A stretch of DNA of 64,000 bases from an uncultured Arcobacter sp. GTDB lineage: Bacteria > Acidobacteriota > Terriglobia > Bryobacterales > Bryobacteraceae. The notes beneath the pieces are model-generated. The model was not told where the DNA came from and did no database searches. It was given only the letters and a program-made list of their open reading frames with translations. The position numbers and the translations under genes were made by a program. Below are positions 37,911-47,594 of this stretch, in pieces. The stretch is from NCBI GenBank assembly GCA_964458495.1, contig CAYWJB010000003.1, forward strand, positions 163,195-227,194, given 5' to 3'. The first letter of the stretch is position 1. Each line of letters starts with the position of its first letter.

Positions 37911-38462
37911 ATGCGCCTGTTTGTGGCCATCGATCTGCCCTACGAGGTGCGCCGCAACCTGGAGTTGCTGCTCCAGCTGCTCCGGCCCAAGGCGGACCTC
38001 CAATGGAGCCCTCCCTCCAACCTCCACATCACCACGAAATTCATCGGAGAATGGCCCGAAGAGGAGCTGGATTTCCTGACAGAAGCGCTGTCTGAAGTCC
38101 CCGCGGAAGGAGAATTCCGCATTGATATCCAGGGGCTGGGCTGGTTTCCGGACGGGAAAAATCCGCGCGTGTTCTGGGCCGGAATTCACGGCGGGGAAAG
38201 CCTGCCCCGGCTGGCCCGCGCCACGGAAGACGCTTGCGCCTCCGCCGGAGTCGCCCGGGAAAACCGCCCGTATAGCCCGCATCTGACGCTCGCCCGCATC
38301 CGGCGTCCGGCGGACCTGTCCGCGCTTCTCCGGACGGTGGAGAATCTGCCGTCGGACCATTTCGGCCGGTTTATGGCCACGCATTTTCATCTGTATGAGA
38401 GCAAACTGCGCCCCGGCGGCAGCATTTATACAAAACTGGCCAGCTTTCCATTGAAAAAATGA
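37911..38462 (+). CDS. thpR: RNA 2',3'-cyclic phosphodiesterase (2H family)
   Basis: 183 aa from ATG 37911. Two HxT motifs are present: HITTKF and HLTLAR. Confidence 0.85.
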   Translation: MRLFVAIDLPYEVRRNLELLLQLLRPKADLQWSPPSNLHITTKFIGEWPEEELDFLTEALSEVPAEGEFRIDIQGLGWFPDGKNPRVFWAGIHGGESLPRLARATEDACASAGVARENRPYSPHLTLARIRRPADLSALLRTVENLPSDHFGRFMATHFHLYESKLRPGGSIYTKLASFPLKK

Positions 38463-39064
38463 CGGAGAAATCTCTCGCCATTCTGGCCGCCTACCTGATC
38501 GGCGGCATTCCCTTCGGCTACCTGATCGTGAAGCTCCGCACCGGCCGCGACGTCAGGGGCATGGGCAGCGGCAACATCGGGGCCACCAATGTCCTCCGCA
38601 CGACAGGCCGCGCGTGGGGCGTGCTCACGCTCCTGCTGGACATCGCCAAGGGGTGGGCCGCCTGCGCCCTCATGCAGCGCCTCTCCGAGGGCTCCCCGGA
38701 ATGGATCGCCGCCGCGGGCGTGGCCGTCGTGCTCGGCCATGCGTTCCCGGTCTGGCTGAAGTTCCAGGGTGGCAAGGCTGTGGCCAGCTTCGTCGGCGTC
38801 GCTCTTCATCTGGCGCCGTGGGCCCTCGCCGCCGTCGCCGCCGTGTTCGTCATCACTGTCGCCGCCACCCGCTATATCTCGCTCGGCTCCATCCTGGGGG
38901 CGGGACTGTTCCCCTTTGCCGTCTGGATCCTCTATCATCCCGGGCCGGCGGTGATGGCCGCCGTCACCTTCTGCGGCCTCTTCATCATCTGTCGCCACCG
39001 CTCCAACATCGAGCGCCTGCGCGCCGGCACGGAGAATGTCTTCCGCTTCGGAGGCAGGAAGTGA
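38459..39064 (+). CDS. plsY: Glycerol-3-phosphate acyltransferase PlsY
   Basis: 201 aa, multi-TM. Contains YLIGGIPFGYL and GSGNIGATNVLR. ATGA overlap with thpR. Confidence 0.95.
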   Translation: MTEKSLAILAAYLIGGIPFGYLIVKLRTGRDVRGMGSGNIGATNVLRTTGRAWGVLTLLLDIAKGWAACALMQRLSEGSPEWIAAAGVAVVLGHAFPVWLKFQGGKAVASFVGVALHLAPWALAAVAAVFVITVAATRYISLGSILGAGLFPFAVWILYHPGPAVMAAVTFCGLFIICRHRSNIERLRAGTENVFRFGGRK

Positions 39065-40059
39065 AGGGTCTGGCAGTCATCGGCGGCGGCAGCTGGGGAA
39101 CTGCGCTGGCCATCGTTCTCGCGCCCCGCTTTCCGCAGGTGAAGCTCTGGGTGTACGAGGCCGACCTTGCCGGACGGATGGCACGGACGAGGATCAACGA
39201 CGTCTTCCTGCCCGGATTCGAACTGCCGCCCAACGTCGAGCCTCTTTCCGCGCTGCCAGCTTGTCTCGAGGGCGCGGACGTCGTGCTGAGCGTCATGCCT
39301 TCCGATCACGTCCGGAGGGTATACGGAGAGATGCTGCCCTGGCTGTCGCCGGAAATGCTGTTTGTCAGCGCCACGAAGGGCATCGAGCGGGGCTCGCTCA
39401 AGCGCATGTCCGAGGTGATCGAGGAAGTAGCAGGCCCGCGCTTCGCGCCTCGCGTGGGCGTGCTGAGCGGCCCCACCTTCGCCCGCGAGGTCGCCCGGGG
39501 CGAGCCCGCCGCAGTGGTCATCTCCTCTGCCGATGCCGCCCTGGCCCGCACCATCCAGCAGGCCTTCTCCACGCCGTCGTTCCGGCTTTATACGAACGCC
39601 GACCCGGTGGGTGTCGAATTGGGCGCGTCCTTGAAGAACGTCATCGCCATCGCCGCCGGCGTTTGCGCCGGCCTGGGACTGGGCGCCAACACGTTGGCCG
39701 CTCTGGTGACACGCGGGCTGGCCGAGATCACACGCCTCGCCGTCGCCGCCGGAGGCCAGGCGCGCACTCTCGCCGGGCTCGCCGGGCTCGGCGACCTCGT
39801 ACTCACCTGCCACGGCGAGTTGAGCCGCAACCGCACCGTTGGCTTCGAACTCGGCCGCGGACGGTCCCTGGCTGACATCCTTTCCGGCATGCGCATGGTG
39901 GCCGAGGGCGTCCACACCACTTACGCCGCTGTCGAACTCGCCGCCCGCCTCGGCGTCGAAATGCCCATCACCAGCCAGATGCACGCCGTGCTCAGGGGTC
40001 AGAAAGGTCCTCGCGAAAGCCTCCGCGAACTCATGGAGCGCTCCCTCAAAGAGGAGTAA
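39061..40059 (+). CDS. gpsA: NAD(P)H-dependent glycerol-3-phosphate dehydrogenase
   Basis: GTG start in a GTGA overlap with plsY. Contains VIGGGSWGTALA, LKNVIAIAAG and NRTVG. Confidence 0.95.
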   Translation: MKGLAVIGGGSWGTALAIVLAPRFPQVKLWVYEADLAGRMARTRINDVFLPGFELPPNVEPLSALPACLEGADVVLSVMPSDHVRRVYGEMLPWLSPEMLFVSATKGIERGSLKRMSEVIEEVAGPRFAPRVGVLSGPTFAREVARGEPAAVVISSADAALARTIQQAFSTPSFRLYTNADPVGVELGASLKNVIAIAAGVCAGLGLGANTLAALVTRGLAEITRLAVAAGGQARTLAGLAGLGDLVLTCHGELSRNRTVGFELGRGRSLADILSGMRMVAEGVHTTYAAVELAARLGVEMPITSQMHAVLRGQKGPRESLRELMERSLKEE

Positions 40060-40119
40060 AGACTCTTCGGCGGAAAGCAGGCTTCCCCCGGCCATCATCG
40101 TCTGCTATCCTTTGCGGAT

Positions 40120-43100
40120 ATGCGCAATTCACAGAGGGCACTCGGATTGTTTTCGCTCGCGGCCATCGCCGCCGCCGCCGTCTTCGCGCAGGGAACCACT
40201 TCGAGGGTCGTCGGCGTGGTCTCCGATCCAAGCGGCGCCAGCGTCCCGGGCGCAACGGTGAAACTCATCAACGAAGGCACCAATGCCACTGTCGAAACCA
40301 GAACGGCCGACAATGGGGCCTACTTCTTCGAAGCCGTCACAAGCGGCAGCTACACCATCACCGTGGAGGCGCCCGGCTTCCGCCGCTTCACGTCACGGCG
40401 CAACCCCGTCACCATCGGCCAGCCGACGACAGTCAACGTCACGCTCGAAGTCGGCACGGTCACCGAAGTCGTCGAGGTGTCTGGCTCGGCGGAGATGGTC
40501 CAGACTTCCACCTCAGGCAACATCGGCAACCTTTTCAGCGAAACAGTGATCCGCGACCTGCCGATCGTGGGCGTGCGCGGCCGCAACCCGCTGGACCTGG
40601 TCACCCGCCAGCCGGGCGTCGTCAGCGGCGCCAACACCGGCGGCGGCGTGCACGTCAACGGCGCCCGCGACCGCGCCTGGAACTTCACCATCGACGGAAT
40701 CGACGCCAACGAGACCAGCGCCGGCGGCTCCAACTTCGCGCCCATCCGAATGAACCCCGACACGCTCAGCGAGTTCCGTGTGCTTACAGGCAACGCCACC
40801 GCCGAATACGGCCGCAACTCGGGCGGCCAGGTGGCTATGGTCACCAAGAGCGGCACCAACGAGATCCACGGTACCGCCTGGTGGTTCTACCGCACCCCGC
40901 GGCTGAGCGCCAACGAGTGGGAGAACAACATCAACAACGTCGGCAAGCGCCAGTATCAGCAAAACATGCCGGGCATCGGCATCGGCGGCCCGCTCATCCG
41001 GAACAAGCTCTTCTACTACGGCAACCTCCAGTTGCTCCGCACCCGCGAATCCGCCGTCGTCAATTCCACCGTGTACACGAAGGAAGCGCGCGAGGGCATC
41101 TGGCGTTACAACCGCGCCGGACGCAACCTGCCCGCGGGCGTCTCCGGCGCCGTCGTCGACGCCCAGGGCAACGTTCTTCCGGGCGTCAACATCGGCACCT
41201 ACAACATCATCGCCCGGGACCCGCAGGCCATCGGCTGGGACGCCCGCACCAAGTCCATCGCCCAGGCCGCCCCGCTGCCCAACAACTTCACGCTCGGCGA
41301 CGGCCTCAACACCGCCGCCTACACCTTCACCGCGCTTCAGTTCGAAAAGCAGCACGACGTCACCCTGCGCGGCGATTACATCATCAACAACAAGAACACA
41401 TTCTTCGCCCGCGTCAGCTTCGGCCGCCAGGACACCAACTGCGACCGCGTCAATGGCGGCGCCCCCGTCTGGCCCGGCGCCCCGTGCATCGTCAACACCA
41501 AGCGCGATCCCAAGAACTACGCCTTCAACTGGCGCACCATGCCCTCGCCTTCCACAACCAACGAGTTTGTGTTCGGCCTCAACCAGTTCGCCTTTGACTT
41601 CAACATCCCGACTGCGGATCTGACCAAGGTCGACCTGTCGACGCCCGTTGCCAACCCGCTCGTCTACAGCTTCGGCAACGCGCGCCGCCTGAAGACCTGG
41701 CAGATCGTCGACAACTTCTCCTGGCTCCGTGGCGGCCACAACCTGAAATTCGGCATGAACTTCCGCCTCGGCCGCCACCAGGACGTGCGCGGCTCCATCG
41801 GCGGTTACAACGCCACGCAAGCCGCCGACTTCTCGCGCGTTGTCAACACCGTCAACGCCGCCGCCTTCGGCCTCCCCGCCGACATCAACCAGCAGTTCGA
41901 CCGCATCACGCTCGAGACCCACATCAACTTCATGCTCGGCCGCGTCGGCAACACCAACCGGGGCTTCCCCTCGACGGCCGACAGTTACACCACCGGGCTC
42001 TATAACTTCCTGGCGAAGTTCAACGAATACGACTTCTATTTTCAGGACACCTGGAAGCTGAGCCGCAACTTCACCGTGGATCTCGGCCTCCGTATGGAAG
42101 TGAAGCAGGCGCCCACCAATCCCGACGGCCGCGTCCGCCGCCCCGACCAGTACGTCGCCGCCGGCGGCTCCCCCACGAACACGCTCAAGTGGGTCCCCGG
42201 CAGCCTGTTCCGCGACGCCGTCAACAACTGGGCGCCATCCATCGGCTTCGCATGGGACCCCTTCGGTGACGGCAAGACTTCCATCCGCTCCAACTACCGC
42301 ATCGCCTACGACCGCATCAACACGTTTGTGCTCAGCTCGCAGGTCTTCCAGAACCTGCCCGGCATCGTCATCGGCCTGAACGACGCCACCTACGGCCAAG
42401 GCGGTGGCCGGCTCGCCGGCTTGCCGGAACTCAAGCCGCCCGCAGTGGCGCCGGAATCGCTGGCCCAGCCTGCAGCCTTCTCCAACCGCGCCATCACGGT
42501 CGTCGATCCCGACTTCCAGATGCCGACCACGCACCAGTGGAGCTTCGCCATCCAGCGCGAGGTCTTCCGCAACGCCGTCGTCGAGGTGAACTACATTGGA
42601 CGCCGCGCCTACAACCTTTTCGGCGCCTACAACGCCAACCAGGTGGATTGGCGCCGCAACGGCTTCCTCAACGCCCTGAACGTTGTCAACTCGGGCGGCG
42701 AAAGCCAGCTCATCAACCAACTCATGGGCGTCGATTCCCGCAAGACCGCCGCCGAAACGGGCTCGCAGGCCCTGCGCCGCATCTACTCGGTCGACCTGCG
42801 AAACAGCAATTTCGCCTTCATCGCCCAGGACCTTTCCCGCCGCGTTGTCGGTGGACGCGGACAGGCGGAAGCCGCCGGCCTCGGCCCCTACTTCTTCCTG
42901 GCCTACCCGCAGTTCGCCAACGGCATGAACGTCATTGACTCGAACGACTTCTCCACCTATCACGCCGGCCAGGTGCAGTTCCTCAAACGCATGAGCGGCG
43001 GCCTCGAATACCAGATCAGCTACACGCTGGCCAAATCCCTCGACACGCGCTCTTACGACCCGGCCTTCACCGTCGTGTCGGGCGCCAACAACCAGTCTGC

Positions 43101-43722
43101 CGGCGGCACTCCGTTCGACATCCTGAACCGCCGCCTCAATTATGCGGCCAGCGACTTCGACCGCAAGCACGTCGTCCAGACCTACTGGGTCTGGGAGCTG
43201 CCCTTCGGCCGCGGCCGCCGCTTCGCCTCCGGCGCCTCCGGCCTCACCCAGCGCCTCATCGGCGGCTGGCAGGTGGCGGGCATGGGAACCTTCCAGAGCG
43301 GGCGGCCCATGTCGGTCTACTCGGGCTTCTACACGTTCAACAACGTCGTACAGAGCTTCGCCAACTGCTCCGGCTGCACGCCCACCATGGGCAAGGCGCA
43401 GGACATCGACGGCATCAAGTGGTTCTTCACTGCCGACCAGCGGGACAGATTCTCCTACCCTGGGCCCGGCGAGCTTGGCAACACCGGCCGCAACTTCTTC
43501 CGCGGCCCGGGCGGCTGGGGCGTCGACATGAGCGTGCTGAAGAGGACCATGATCACCGAGCGCTGGAACTTCGAACTCCGCGCCGACATGACCAACGTCT
43601 TCAACCACCCCATCTTCGGCTTCCCGACCGCCACCCGGAGCTCTACGATCTTCGGCCGCATCCGCGACGGCGTCATCAGCGGCTCGCGCAAGATCCAGCT
43701 CGGCGCGAAACTGAACTTTTGA
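40120..43722 (+). CDS. TonB-dependent-receptor-like outer-membrane protein with N-terminal CarboxypepD_reg domain
   Basis: 1200 aa. A signal peptide is followed by VVGVVSDPSGASVPGATVKL...NGAYFFEAVTSGSYTITVEAPGF. A long beta-rich region follows, and the terminal residue is Phe. Confidence 0.9.
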   Translation: MRNSQRALGLFSLAAIAAAAVFAQGTTSRVVGVVSDPSGASVPGATVKLINEGTNATVETRTADNGAYFFEAVTSGSYTITVEAPGFRRFTSRRNPVTIGQPTTVNVTLEVGTVTEVVEVSGSAEMVQTSTSGNIGNLFSETVIRDLPIVGVRGRNPLDLVTRQPGVVSGANTGGGVHVNGARDRAWNFTIDGIDANETSAGGSNFAPIRMNPDTLSEFRVLTGNATAEYGRNSGGQVAMVTKSGTNEIHGTAWWFYRTPRLSANEWENNINNVGKRQYQQNMPGIGIGGPLIRNKLFYYGNLQLLRTRESAVVNSTVYTKEAREGIWRYNRAGRNLPAGVSGAVVDAQGNVLPGVNIGTYNIIARDPQAIGWDARTKSIAQAAPLPNNFTLGDGLNTAAYTFTALQFEKQHDVTLRGDYIINNKNTFFARVSFGRQDTNCDRVNGGAPVWPGAPCIVNTKRDPKNYAFNWRTMPSPSTTNEFVFGLNQFAFDFNIPTADLTKVDLSTPVANPLVYSFGNARRLKTWQIVDNFSWLRGGHNLKFGMNFRLGRHQDVRGSIGGYNATQAADFSRVVNTVNAAAFGLPADINQQFDRITLETHINFMLGRVGNTNRGFPSTADSYTTGLYNFLAKFNEYDFYFQDTWKLSRNFTVDLGLRMEVKQAPTNPDGRVRRPDQYVAAGGSPTNTLKWVPGSLFRDAVNNWAPSIGFAWDPFGDGKTSIRSNYRIAYDRINTFVLSSQVFQNLPGIVIGLNDATYGQGGGRLAGLPELKPPAVAPESLAQPAAFSNRAITVVDPDFQMPTTHQWSFAIQREVFRNAVVEVNYIGRRAYNLFGAYNANQVDWRRNGFLNALNVVNSGGESQLINQLMGVDSRKTAAETGSQALRRIYSVDLRNSNFAFIAQDLSRRVVGGRGQAEAAGLGPYFFLAYPQFANGMNVIDSNDFSTYHAGQVQFLKRMSGGLEYQISYTLAKSLDTRSYDPAFTVVSGANNQSAGGTPFDILNRRLNYAASDFDRKHVVQTYWVWELPFGRGRRFASGASGLTQRLIGGWQVAGMGTFQSGRPMSVYSGFYTFNNVVQSFANCSGCTPTMGKAQDIDGIKWFFTADQRDRFSYPGPGELGNTGRNFFRGPGGWGVDMSVLKRTMITERWNFELRADMTNVFNHPIFGFPTATRSSTIFGRIRDGVISGSRKIQLGAKLNF

Positions 43723-43893
43723 GCGGAAGCCGCCGGGCACAGCCCTGCGGCGTGTGATCCTTGATGAACCTCAGGCTGGCCCGCTGCCGGCGCGGCGGCG
43801 GGCCGGCCGGAACCTTTCCTGCCTGCCGCGTGACATCGCCCGCCCGTGCGCTTCCGCGCGGCCGATGCCCATCAGGACGTTGGCTTGGCCGCG

Positions 43894-44433
43894 TTACCGG
43901 TCCGCTGCCAGGATCCGCCGCACCGCCTCGCCCAAATCGGATGCCACGAATTCCACCAGCCCGCCCGCCTCCTTCGCCGCTTCGGCGCCGTAGCCGGTGA
44001 GGACCAGCACGCCCCGCAGCCCTGCGTTCTTCGCCAGCTCCAGGTCCGCCGCCTTGTCGCCGATCATCCAGGAGCGCGCCAGATCCACCGGAAGCTGCCG
44101 CGCCGCCTCCTCCACCAGCCCGGGGCGCGGCTTGCGGCACGGACAGTCCTCTTCAGGCGCGTGGGGACAAACGAAGATCCCGTCCAGCCCCGCCCCATCG
44201 CGCGCCAGCAACTGCTCGATCCGGCGGTTCACCCGCTCGACATCCTCCAGGGTGAAGTAGCCCCGCCCCACGCCGCTCTGGTTGGTCAGCACCACCGCCA
44301 GCCAGCCCGCCTCCCGCGCCCTGCGTAAAGCTTCCGCGGCGCCGGCTATCAGCGCCACCTGTTCCGGATCGGACAAGTAATTGCGCTCCTCGATCAGCGT
44401 GCCGTCGCGGTCGATGAAGAGGCACGGTTTCAC
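43894..44433 (-). CDS. gmhB: D-glycero-beta-D-manno-heptose-1,7-bisphosphate 7-phosphatase (HAD-IIIA)
   Basis: GTG start in a GTGA overlap with the upstream glycosyltransferase. Contains FIDRDGT, TNQSG, and the zinc motif CPHAPEEDCPCRKP. Confidence 0.85.
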   Translation of the reverse strand: MKPCLFIDRDGTLIEERNYLSDPEQVALIAGAAEALRRAREAGWLAVVLTNQSGVGRGYFTLEDVERVNRRIEQLLARDGAGLDGIFVCPHAPEEDCPCRKPRPGLVEEAARQLPVDLARSWMIGDKAADLELAKNAGLRGVLVLTGYGAEAAKEAGGLVEFVASDLGEAVRRILAADR

Positions 44434-45587
44434 GGGCGCCGCTCCAGCTCCGCCACCGCCCGTTCCAGAACGGCGAGGTTTTTCTTCCAGGAAAACCTGG
44501 CCATCGCTTCGCTCCGGATGCCCGGTTCCGCGGGCGGCGGGAGATAATCCTCCGCCGACCGGCACAGACGGACGCCCCGCGGCAGCGCGGCGCCGAACGT
44601 TGCGCACACCTCCGGCGAGGCCAGCACCGGACGGCCCATCGCCAGCGATTCCAGCACCTTGTTCTGGATTCCTCGAGCGATACGCAAAGGAACCACCGTG
44701 GCCGCCGCGTGCCGGTAGTACGGCCGGACATCCGCCACGCTCCCTGCCACCTCCACGCCCGGCACTCCGGCCAGCGCCAGCACGCGCGCCGTCGGGTACC
44801 TCCCGACCACCAGGAGCTCCAGCCCCGGATCGCGCCCGCGCAGCAGCGGGAACACCGTGCGCGCGAACTCCGTGATCCCTTGTTCGTTCGGGAAGTAGTT
44901 CAGGGTGCCGCAGAACAGCAGGTACCGCCGCTTCGCCAGGGACTCGTCGCGCGGCGAGGCTTCCGGATCGAATCGGGCGAAATCCACCCCGTTCTCCATC
45001 GCCTCGCAGCGCAGTCCCGGATCCAGTCCCAGCAGCACGTCGCGCTCGGCGGCCGTGGTCACCAGGGTCAGCCGCGCGCGGCGCGCCTCGCGCAGCTCCA
45101 GCTGAACAAGACGTTTGGCTTCTGTTTCAAACAAAAACGAAGGCTTCCGGTAGCGCGCATAGGCCCGCCACTTCTCCGAATCGACGTCCGTCATGTCCAG
45201 CACGAAGGGCATCCCCGCGGGCACGAAGGGCGCCATCACCGCCGTGTACGCCACCGCCCCGGCGACCGGGCGGCTCTCCACCAGCGCCAGCAGGTCCTGC
45301 GAAAAGCGGCGGCTGGAATAGAACGCGTCGTTGATGGAGCTCCCCGTCAGGAAGCGCGCCCCCGCCCGGGCTGCATGCAGGAAGAACGGGAACAGCGGGG
45401 CGACATAGACGGAGGCGCACCGGTCCAGAAGCGCCCGCGCTTCGTCCATCTCCTGCTCGGACCGTGCGAAACAGCTCAGGTGCACGCGGTGCCGGGAGGC
45501 CAGCGCGGTCAGCTCATGGTAGGCGCGGATCTTTTCGCCTTTGTCGGGCGGATTGGGAACGCAGTGGGAGAGGTACAGCAGCTCCAC
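44430..45587 (-). CDS. Glycosyltransferase (GT4-like; TIGR03087 PEP-CTERM/EpsH1-associated sugar transferase-like)
   Basis: 385 aa with GTG start. The N-terminus LLYLSHCVPNPPDKGEKIRAYHELTALASRHRVHL resembles the TIGR03087 consensus as I remember it. Confidence 0.75.
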   Translation of the reverse strand: MELLYLSHCVPNPPDKGEKIRAYHELTALASRHRVHLSCFARSEQEMDEARALLDRCASVYVAPLFPFFLHAARAGARFLTGSSINDAFYSSRRFSQDLLALVESRPVAGAVAYTAVMAPFVPAGMPFVLDMTDVDSEKWRAYARYRKPSFLFETEAKRLVQLELREARRARLTLVTTAAERDVLLGLDPGLRCEAMENGVDFARFDPEASPRDESLAKRRYLLFCGTLNYFPNEQGITEFARTVFPLLRGRDPGLELLVVGRYPTARVLALAGVPGVEVAGSVADVRPYYRHAAATVVPLRIARGIQNKVLESLAMGRPVLASPEVCATFGAALPRGVRLCRSAEDYLPPPAEPGIRSEAMARFSWKKNLAVLERAVAELERRP

Positions 45588-45596
45588 CGGAACGCC

Positions 45597-45887
45597 TTAG
45601 CTCTTGGCGGGCGTGTCGCTGCTCGAGGCCGGCGCCTTCGCGCCGGACTCCTTCCCGTTGTCTGAACCGCTGCTCTTTCCGTTGCTTCCCCGGCCGCCGT
45701 TTCCGCCGGAACGCGCGTAATCGGTGATGTACCAGCCGGAGCCCTTGAACTGCAGGGCAGGCGCCGAGATCAGCCGCTTCACCCTGCCGCCGCACCCTTC
45801 ATGCGTCTCCAGCGGGGCGTCGCTGAACTTCTGCATCACCTCGAAAACTTCCTGGCACTGGTCGCACTTGTATTCGTACAGTGGCAT
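45597..45887 (-). CDS. FmdB family zinc-ribbon protein
   Basis: 96 aa. MPLYEYKCDQCQ...CGG is CxxC...C-type, with a Gly/Ser-rich tail. Confidence 0.85.
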   Translation of the reverse strand: MPLYEYKCDQCQEVFEVMQKFSDAPLETHEGCGGRVKRLISAPALQFKGSGWYITDYARSGGNGGRGSNGKSSGSDNGKESGAKAPASSSDTPAKS

Positions 45888-45896
45888 GGCTGTAAC

Positions 45897-47183
45897 TCAA
45901 ACCCCCTGGTGGAGCGTGGCGGCGCGCCCTGCCGGCGCGGCGGCCGGCGCTGCCATCGCCTGCGCCGTCTTTCCCGCCAGAATCTCGAGCGCTTTCTTCA
46001 GGACGGCATCCTCCTTCCGCTCGGGCTGCCGGAGATCCTGCGCCCCCGGCGCGGGCGCGCCCGGCGTGTCCTCATCAAAGGTCTGCGGCTCGAAGTCAGC
46101 CACCTGATGCTGCGGCAGCACGGAGGTCTCGCTGATTGCCTTCCCGTCGGGCGTGTAGTACTTCGCCACCGCCAGAAGCACGGCGCCGCCGTCGCCCGTC
46201 GGGACCGCCTTCCGCAAGGCCGCATCTCCGTAAGTGCGCTCGCCGACGATCTCGGCCCTCTTGTGCGCCGCCAATGCCGCTGCCGCCACTTCCGCCGCAC
46301 CCGTGGTGCCGCGGTTGGTCAGAACCACCATCGGCCCCCGGAACACCGCCTTGGCCGCGTCCGCTTCAAAAACCTGCTTCCTCACCTTCTGCCCTTCGAG
46401 CGTGGCGATGGCGCCCTTGTCCAGGAACAGGTTCGCCAGCGCGACGCCCTCTTCCGGCACGCTCAGGGCCGAATGCCGCAAGTCCAGAACCAGTTTCCTG
46501 GCCCCTTTGGCCGTCAACTCACGAACGGCTGCCGCCACGGCCGCCGCCTTGCCCGCCCGCAGGTCGACCACTTCCACATAGCCCGTCTCCCCGTCCACCA
46601 TCTTCGACGCCAGCGCGGGAGGCGTCACCACGGCGCGCGTCAGCGTCACCTTCACCGGCTCCGGCCGGCTCAGCCGCAACACGGTGAGCTCTACCATGGT
46701 TCCGGGTTCCCCGTGCAGCAGCACGTCGGCAAAGGCGAGCGGCATGTCGCGCGTCTGAATGCCCTGGATCGCCTCGATGATGTCCCCCGTGGTCAGCCCT
46801 GCTTTGTCTGCCGGCGACCCGGGAATCGCATCCACCACGCCGATCTCGTAACCGTACTTCCGGCTGAGGATCAACCCCACCCCCGCGCGCGGGTTCTCCA
46901 GCGTCTTCAGATACTGCTTGTACTGATCCGCGTTGAGATAACAGGCAAACGGATCCATCGACACCAGCAGCCCGTTCACCGCACCCAGCGACACGCTCTT
47001 CATGTCCGGCTCTTCCACATAGTCGGACTTGATCTTCGCCAGCACTTCGGTCAACACGTTCAGGTGCCGGTAGGGATCCGTGGAGGGCGCGGTGCGGTTC
47101 TGCCCGAATAACACCCCTACCAGCAACAGCGCCACCAGGAGGCCGGAAATGGTTACCAGCGTGTATTGAAATCGGCTGTTCAT
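45897..47183 (-). CDS. S41 (C-terminal processing peptidase) family homologue, predicted catalytically inactive
   Basis: 428 aa from ATG 47183: N-terminal TM, a PDZ-like block (GDIIEAIQG) and an S41 core. GTTGAAE replaces GSASASE, and TYGDA replaces TFGKG. Confidence 0.8.
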   Translation of the reverse strand: MNSRFQYTLVTISGLLVALLLVGVLFGQNRTAPSTDPYRHLNVLTEVLAKIKSDYVEEPDMKSVSLGAVNGLLVSMDPFACYLNADQYKQYLKTLENPRAGVGLILSRKYGYEIGVVDAIPGSPADKAGLTTGDIIEAIQGIQTRDMPLAFADVLLHGEPGTMVELTVLRLSRPEPVKVTLTRAVVTPPALASKMVDGETGYVEVVDLRAGKAAAVAAAVRELTAKGARKLVLDLRHSALSVPEEGVALANLFLDKGAIATLEGQKVRKQVFEADAAKAVFRGPMVVLTNRGTTGAAEVAAAALAAHKRAEIVGERTYGDAALRKAVPTGDGGAVLLAVAKYYTPDGKAISETSVLPQHQVADFEPQTFDEDTPGAPAPGAQDLRQPERKEDAVLKKALEILAGKTAQAMAAPAAAPAGRAATLHQGV

Positions 47184-47594
47184 GTCGATGTGTTCCTGCT
47201 TGCCCCAGCACAGCGGGCCGCCGGAGGCGTCCGCCACTCGACTCCTGCCCAGCTTCCAGTATAAACCACCGCCGAAAGCGCCGCTGTTTAGTCTCTTGGA
47301 CTTGCCGCGCCACCTCAAGGTTGCACGAAACCGGGCAGCCGGGCATCCCCGGTGAAAGAAATTTCATCGACAGAAACATTGATTGGATTAGAACAAAGGA
47401 AGTTTACTCATGTTAAAATCAGCCCAATCTGGGCCATGCTGCTGGGGCTTCCGGGGCTGTAAATGGGGCCAAGTCGCCGCTATCCATCGCTCCGAAGCGG
47501 CAACTGGCGCCTCTATGGGGTTTCCAGACAGAGGCGTTCAGGTGCTCACCAGCCTCCCGGATCAGGAAGGATGACACACAAGGAGCCTTCGGAA

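Noticed and set aside
40513-43740. 1075-codon minus-strand ORF covering the whole first OM receptor gene.
   Set aside because: It is in the same codon-complementary register as 40120..43722 (both = 1 mod 3). The translation is a low-complexity Ala/Gly/Val/Asp/Arg sequence. The sense strand carries clear receptor motifs. It is a shadow ORF.
47410-47574. 54-codon upstream ORF (MLKSAQSGPCCWGFRGCKWG...) with an AAGGA upstream. Its stop forms an ATGA with an in-frame ATG (47571) of the second receptor ORF.
   Set aside because: By hand count its third-position GC is much lower than in neighbouring genes. The receptor's best start (47595, behind AAGGAG) is downstream. An extended -10-like TGTTAAAAT (47411-47419) lies inside it. 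Most likely it is non-coding leader, though Ribo-seq could revisit this.
47184-47594. Possible riboswitch (for example cobalamin) in the long leader of the second TonB-dependent-receptor-like gene.
   Set aside because: I could not find a B12-box-like element or any other riboswitch core I recognise. This is only a by-eye check, and cmscan would be decisive.
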